Shown here piece after piece: positions 61,814 through 64,000 of a stretch of 64,000 nucleotides of DNA. Source of the DNA: Nitrospirota bacterium (GTDB taxonomy: Bacteria > Nitrospirota > Thermodesulfovibrionia > Thermodesulfovibrionales > Dissulfurispiraceae); NCBI GenBank assembly GCA_963710375.1, contig CAVPZX010000008.1, positions 224,001 through 288,000 on the forward strand, written 5' to 3'. How positions within the stretch are numbered: the first letter of the stretch is position 1; each line of letters opens with the position of its first letter. The notes under the pieces were generated by a model that saw only the letters and a list, made by a program, of their open reading frames with translations, searched no databases and was not told where the DNA came from. The translations under genes were made by a program, and so were the position numbers.

Positions 61814-61927
61814 GAGTGAAAAGTGAATGGTGAAAGGTGAAAAAAAACTAATACAGATTGCTTCTATTGTTAAGTTTGCTTTTAGTCTTTGCTGTTAACT
61901 TTTCACTTTTCACCTTTCACTTTTTAC
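61814..61927. repeat. Second inverted heptamer-array element (same family as 9051-9162)
   Basis: GAGTGAAAAGTGAATGGTGAAAGGTGAAAA ... ACTTTTCACTTTTCACCTTTCACTTTTTAC. Confidence 0.88.
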
Positions 61928-61932
61928 TTGTC

Positions 61933-62538
61933 TTATGTATAGGCGGACTTGTCACCAATATCATAGTGCAAGGGCATAAACACCTTTCTTAAAGTGAAAA
62001 CAACGAGCATGGCTGCTATCAAAATAAGACCATAGGAGACCCCTTTAGCTGTCAAGCCCCGCCCAGCCAGCACGACAAGATACACGGGCATCGTCAGGGC
62101 AAGGAGATACCCTTCGATCAGCCTGAAACAGAAAGCCTCTTTTACAGTAATAAAACCAAGGCAGCCTGACAGGGGAAGAAGCAGAATCGGCCCGTAAGTC
62201 TTGCTGACAAGGACTCCCAGTACATCTCCCCTGCCGATGATAAACAAAAGGATTAACGAGATAACCGCAATATAATAAAGTTTCTTAAGAGCCCGGTGAA
62301 ACTTGCCGACATAAAGATGTATAAAAAACACACTAATGCCAACCGCTACATACAATTTTATCAGGAGCACATTGGTCAAGAACGCATATGATATATACTC
62401 CTGATAACGAGAGGCATTTGATGAAAAAAAAGCACCGGCGAGGATAAACAATGTTGACAGCACAATGCCCGCCCGGTATAAAATTACAGAAATTTTGTCC
62501 CCCGGCGTCAGCGGCTGAAAGTATCCCTGTTCACCCAT
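61933..62538 (-). CDS. DUF2301-like integral membrane protein
   Basis: VILYRAG, FIHLY, GFITVKEAFCF..IEG, RKVFMPLHYDIGDKSAY. Confidence 0.75.
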   Translation of the reverse strand: MGEQGYFQPLTPGDKISVILYRAGIVLSTLFILAGAFFSSNASRYQEYISYAFLTNVLLIKLYVAVGISVFFIHLYVGKFHRALKKLYYIAVISLILLFIIGRGDVLGVLVSKTYGPILLLPLSGCLGFITVKEAFCFRLIEGYLLALTMPVYLVVLAGRGLTAKGVSYGLILIAAMLVVFTLRKVFMPLHYDIGDKSAYT

Positions 62539-62724
62539 ATTTCATATCATAGCAAATCCTCATTTTTTTGAGGAGAAAAAAGACGCAGTGAGAAGCTTTT
62601 AAGGCTGGTGTATCAAAAGGGTTCTCACAGTGGGCTTAACAATATGTGCTGCTGTCTTGGTTGCGTTATTTTCTTTCTCAATGATATTCTTTACTAAAAA
62701 TTGCGTCAGAGCGGGTGATCTTGT

Positions 62725-64000
62725 ATGAAACCACTAATGCCTCCGGGAGCAAGGCTTTTCGGACGTCATCCTGATCTTCTGCATTTATTGAATAGGGTCA
62801 CTGGAAGTGGGCTGACCGTTGTCTCCGGACGCCCAAGGATCGGTAAGACCTGGCTGATCAGGACTCTCTGCGACAATCTCGCCTCCACAAAAAACTGTCT
62901 CATAGGATATTGTGCAACCACTAGCGAGTCTGATGTTATGGGCCAATCCCTCTCAAATCTCTATTTCCGCTGGCTGGAGGATGCCACCTACCGGGAGCAG
63001 GCCCGAAGCCTGTACGAGAGGCACAAGGGAAAACTGACCGAAAAGGTAGGAACTTTCATTGGCGGGCTTTTCTCAAAGGCAGTACCTATTGTAGGAGATG
63101 CCGTAGAAAAGGGGATGCTGGCGCTCAAAAGCCTATCCGAAGACATGCGGATTGGAGGTATGCAGTTTGCCACTGTTCCCTATGAGACTGTGCATGACCT
63201 TGTCACCTCCCTGAGCACGATCATGGAAGGTCGCCCCATTCTCCTTGTCCTGGACGCCTGGGAGCAGGGACAAAACCCTAAAAGTGATTTCGGGACACTA
63301 AGAAAGTTCCTGAGCAACCTCTGGGACTGGCCGGATAATTTTCACGTGATCGTCATCATCCGCGATGAACCTAAATATACGCCATATCGTGAATTGGCTG
63401 GGGAGCTGTGCATGTCCCCTGCCGCTGAACTATTCGATCTGACTCCGATGCACCTCGATAACGATCCGGAAGAGGCTGACAGGGTTGTGAGATATATCCG
63501 TGAGCTAGCTCCTGGTGCGCAAAATATTGACGCCCGGGGGCTTCTGGAGATGGTGAACGAGAACCCGGCTGTTCTTGAGAACTGGGTAAATGCTGCGCCA
63601 CAGACAGAGGCGGCGCTAAGAAATACCGCCGCCAATGCCCATAGCAATTCATATCCTGAACTGGAGGCGATACTGTTTGGATTGTTCAAGGAGAACAAGG
63701 ACTATTTTACCGTTGCCGTCCGTCTGGCGGTTCTTTATGAGTTTACTGCTGAATCTGGATGGGAGCCATTAGCTCCTATTGTTCTAAGCAATGCGCCTCA
63801 ATATGGGCTTACTGAGCTGGAGAGCCAGGGCCTGTTGAAGGGACAGTCTCCACCGTCTTTTGGCCACACCACCCGGTATGAGGCAGCGCGGCGTTGTCTT
63901 TTTAATAATCAAAGCCTGAGGCCCTATGCCAGGGATATTACATTTGACCTGATACGCATGATTTCCGGGCAGATAAGGCAGGTCATTGAAGACAATAGAG
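62725..64000 (+). CDS. STAND-class P-loop NTPase (AAA_16-like), 5' part; runs off window end
   Basis: Not in ORF track; open for 425 codons: LFGR, Walker A GRPRIGKT, Walker B ILLVLDAWEQ, sensor-1-like HVIVIIR, NENPAVL, FGHTTRYEAA. Confidence 0.75.
   Translation, partial: MKPLMPPGARLFGRHPDLLHLLNRVTGSGLTVVSGRPRIGKTWLIRTLCDNLASTKNCLIGYCATTSESDVMGQSLSNLYFRWLEDATYREQARSLYERHKGKLTEKVGTFIGGLFSKAVPIVGDAVEKGMLALKSLSEDMRIGGMQFATVPYETVHDLVTSLSTIMEGRPILLVLDAWEQGQNPKSDFGTLRKFLSNLWDWPDNFHVIVIIRDEPKYTPYRELAGELCMSPAAELFDLTPMHLDNDPEEADRVVRYIRELAPGAQNIDARGLLEMVNENPAVLENWVNAAPQTEAALRNTAANAHSNSYPELEAILFGLFKENKDYFTVAVRLAVLYEFTAESGWEPLAPIVLSNAPQYGLTELESQGLLKGQSPPSFGHTTRYEAARRCLFNNQSLRPYARDITFDLIRMISGQIRQVIEDNR

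Overview
Bacterial chromosome segment; gene style and content suggest Nitrospirota/Thermodesulfovibrionia or a Desulfobacterota-like anaerobe (inference only). 1-5.8 kb: D-lactate dehydrogenase (partial), a NarL/UvrY-type two-component system, ilvD, DUF465. 5.9-14.5 kb: flagellar block with two stator pairs flanking a PilZ gene, then fliS, fliD, flaG and fliC, with clear sigma28 promoters and a CsrA-type hairpin. 14.8-47.8 kb: a ~33-kb flagellin-adjacent glycan island with pseudaminic-acid genes (pseB, pseC, pseG, pseI, a cytidylyltransferase fused to a class-III aminotransferase, no recognisable pseH or maf), five radical SAM enzymes (two B12-type), two TylF-type methyltransferases, a split transketolase, GT9, and a TPR/OGT-like GT41. 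The island is bracketed by a duplicated TPR/GT module, and its sub-operons share a sigma54 + GTCA-N6-TGAC promoter architecture. 48-64 kb: a toxin-antitoxin pair, ligA, nitroreductase, cinA, HD-GYP, rarA, GT, ChaN, gpmA, ABC-F, an S1 paralog, an unannotated Cys-rich microprotein and the start of a STAND-type NTPase. Three window-wide patterns stand out. (i) Four +1 frameshifts, including one in ligA, can each be repaired by deleting one base to restore AGCT. (ii) Several families of inverted 6/7/8-mer tandem repeats sit at gene junctions, some inside coding ends. (iii) A 211-bp MITE-like element is flanked by a 9-bp direct repeat.
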